From contig OZ037768.1 of the NCBI GenBank assembly GCA_964035545.1, positions 17,901,700-17,965,699 of the forward strand: DNA of 64,000 nt. The letters run 5' to 3'. The DNA comes from Bugula neritina. Taxonomy: Eukaryota > Animalia > Bryozoa. Within the stretch, counting starts at the first letter, position 1, and every line of letters starts with the position of its first letter. A program made the translations under genes and the position numbers. Below the pieces are notes generated by a model that was not told where the DNA came from, did not search any database, and saw only the letters and a list, made by a program, of their open reading frames with translations. Positions 63,001 through 64,000 of this stretch are shown piece after piece.

Positions 63001-63490
63001 CTTGTTTCCAAGAACAAAGTGTATACAGCTTTCAGTTCCATAAAGCACATAATTAATAAAATGAGAGACATGTATAAATATGTAAATGACTATGTCTATG
63101 TTGAATTTCAACAAAAAACTGCTATGTTGTACTATTATGAAAAACAATTTTTTCCTAGAACAAAGGCAGGACGATTCTTATAAAACTAGCTGGTGTTGAA
63201 CATCGCAAGCTACAGTAGTTTTTAAAAACATAGTATTGGAGTCTAGAGGCTAAATATGACATTCAAAAATGAAAAATATTAAGACCTGTTGTATTTTTCT
63301 AAAATGGGACAGTCTCATAGGTTCAAAGCAAACAGTGAATACCTCTACTCAGTGCCGAAAACACTTGGCCAATCAAGCGTTTGTAGGATACCAACTTCTC
63401 CAACTTTGGCACAAGCACCAAAGACGTATCACTAGTCTCCATAGTCTCATTGTCTACGTCTGGTTGTTCAAAATCCATACAGCCCGCCAT
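54017..63490 (-). CDS. STAND/NB-ARC NTPase paralog 2, same 14-exon architecture as paralog 1
   Basis: Exons 63490-63343, 62866-62661, 62510-62363, 61957-61852, 61746-61628, 60758-60643, 59903-59739, 59305-59036, 58706-58485, 58081-57264, 56300-56094, 55621-55443, 55038-54836, 54274-54017. IYGRQQEL, LINICGMTGVGKS, YVIFIDDF, IIVTSQ, CDGHPFLL, HHPLV; ends NKKRKKS. Minus-strand AATAAA near 53603. Confidence 0.85.
55121..55398. mobile_element. MITE family C copy with ~70-bp imperfect TIRs
   Basis: acagctcagacaccctttgccgtaacgtcaac..cagccatttttaaaa..tccgggct versus agcccgga..ttttaaaaatggctga..gatgttacgacaaagtgtgcctgagctgt; core shared with 59407-59710. Confidence 0.8.
59407..59710. mobile_element. 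MITE family C copy (opposite orientation)
   Basis: CTAGACACACTTTGC ... GCAAAGTGTGTCTAG; internal tgtccaataggagc and aatcaagcagtgtttgatc are the reverse complement of the 55121 copy's core. Confidence 0.78.
61982..62151. mobile_element. Two facing truncated tRNA-derived SINE heads (61982-62020 +, 62151-62070 -)
   Basis: agcagccgtggtctaagggttagag (+) and gggagcagccatggtgtagtggttagagtgctggcc..ggtttaagtcc (-), similar to the 44333 SINE head. Confidence 0.6.
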
Positions 63491-64000
63491 CTTTAAAACT
63501 GAAATTTAGTTAGGAAATACTTTTTTTACTTATTTAAATCCCTTTCTTACTACCATTAATTGAATCCATACTATCTACATATATTATATAAAATATTTTT
63601 AGCTATACTTCAGCAAATGGTAATGCATTGAAACATACAAGAAAATAAACTGCAAAAATTGAGATGAATTAAATATACCTTTATAGATAATAAATTCTTA
63701 CATCAGACTCTCCACCATGGCCTTCTAATTGCATGATTAATGCAAAATGCAATGTCTTTTATTTCATAGTCTTATGGATGTGTACATGTGAATAGCCATG
63801 GCGTTTTAGTCCTAGCTAGTATCACATTTTCCTGAAATAGTATTTGAAGGATATTTAAATAAAACATGCACACACCATGCCGTACTGCGGGTGACTCTAT
63901 TATAGATTATAATAAAAATTACAACATTTATATGATTTGTCATTATTTATTAATTATGTTACTAATCTTGACCCTATAAATTCAGCTGCCAATAAATACA

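Overview
AT-rich, intron-rich genomic DNA from an invertebrate animal; the species cannot be fixed from sequence alone. Exons were reconstructed by hand from splice sites and reading phase. Gene order: 3' half of a neurabin/spinophilin gene (+, coiled coil and SAM), SUMF1 (-), QPRT (+), ataxin-2 (-), a decayed 5'-truncated LINE, LITAF (+), then two tandem paralogous 14-exon STAND/NB-ARC genes (-). The STAND genes have a CARD-like N-terminus, a P-loop NTPase, a winged helix, a helical TPR-like C-terminus and an acidic tail ending in a basic NLS-like motif. Introns carry several MITE families, tRNA-derived SINEs and microsatellites. Three main observations. (1) The upstream STAND gene is followed by a second, intact but diverged four-exon C-terminal cassette with no 5' exons of its own. 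It is splice-phase compatible with the shared upstream exon, suggesting an NLR-like receptor with switchable sensor C-termini. (2) The two paralogs show patchy gene conversion in the NTPase core while the sensor region diverges. (3) Degenerate 6-bp-periodic tracts lie next to the inferred 5' end of all five genes whose promoter is in the window, and one more tract flags a possible internal promoter in the neurabin gene.
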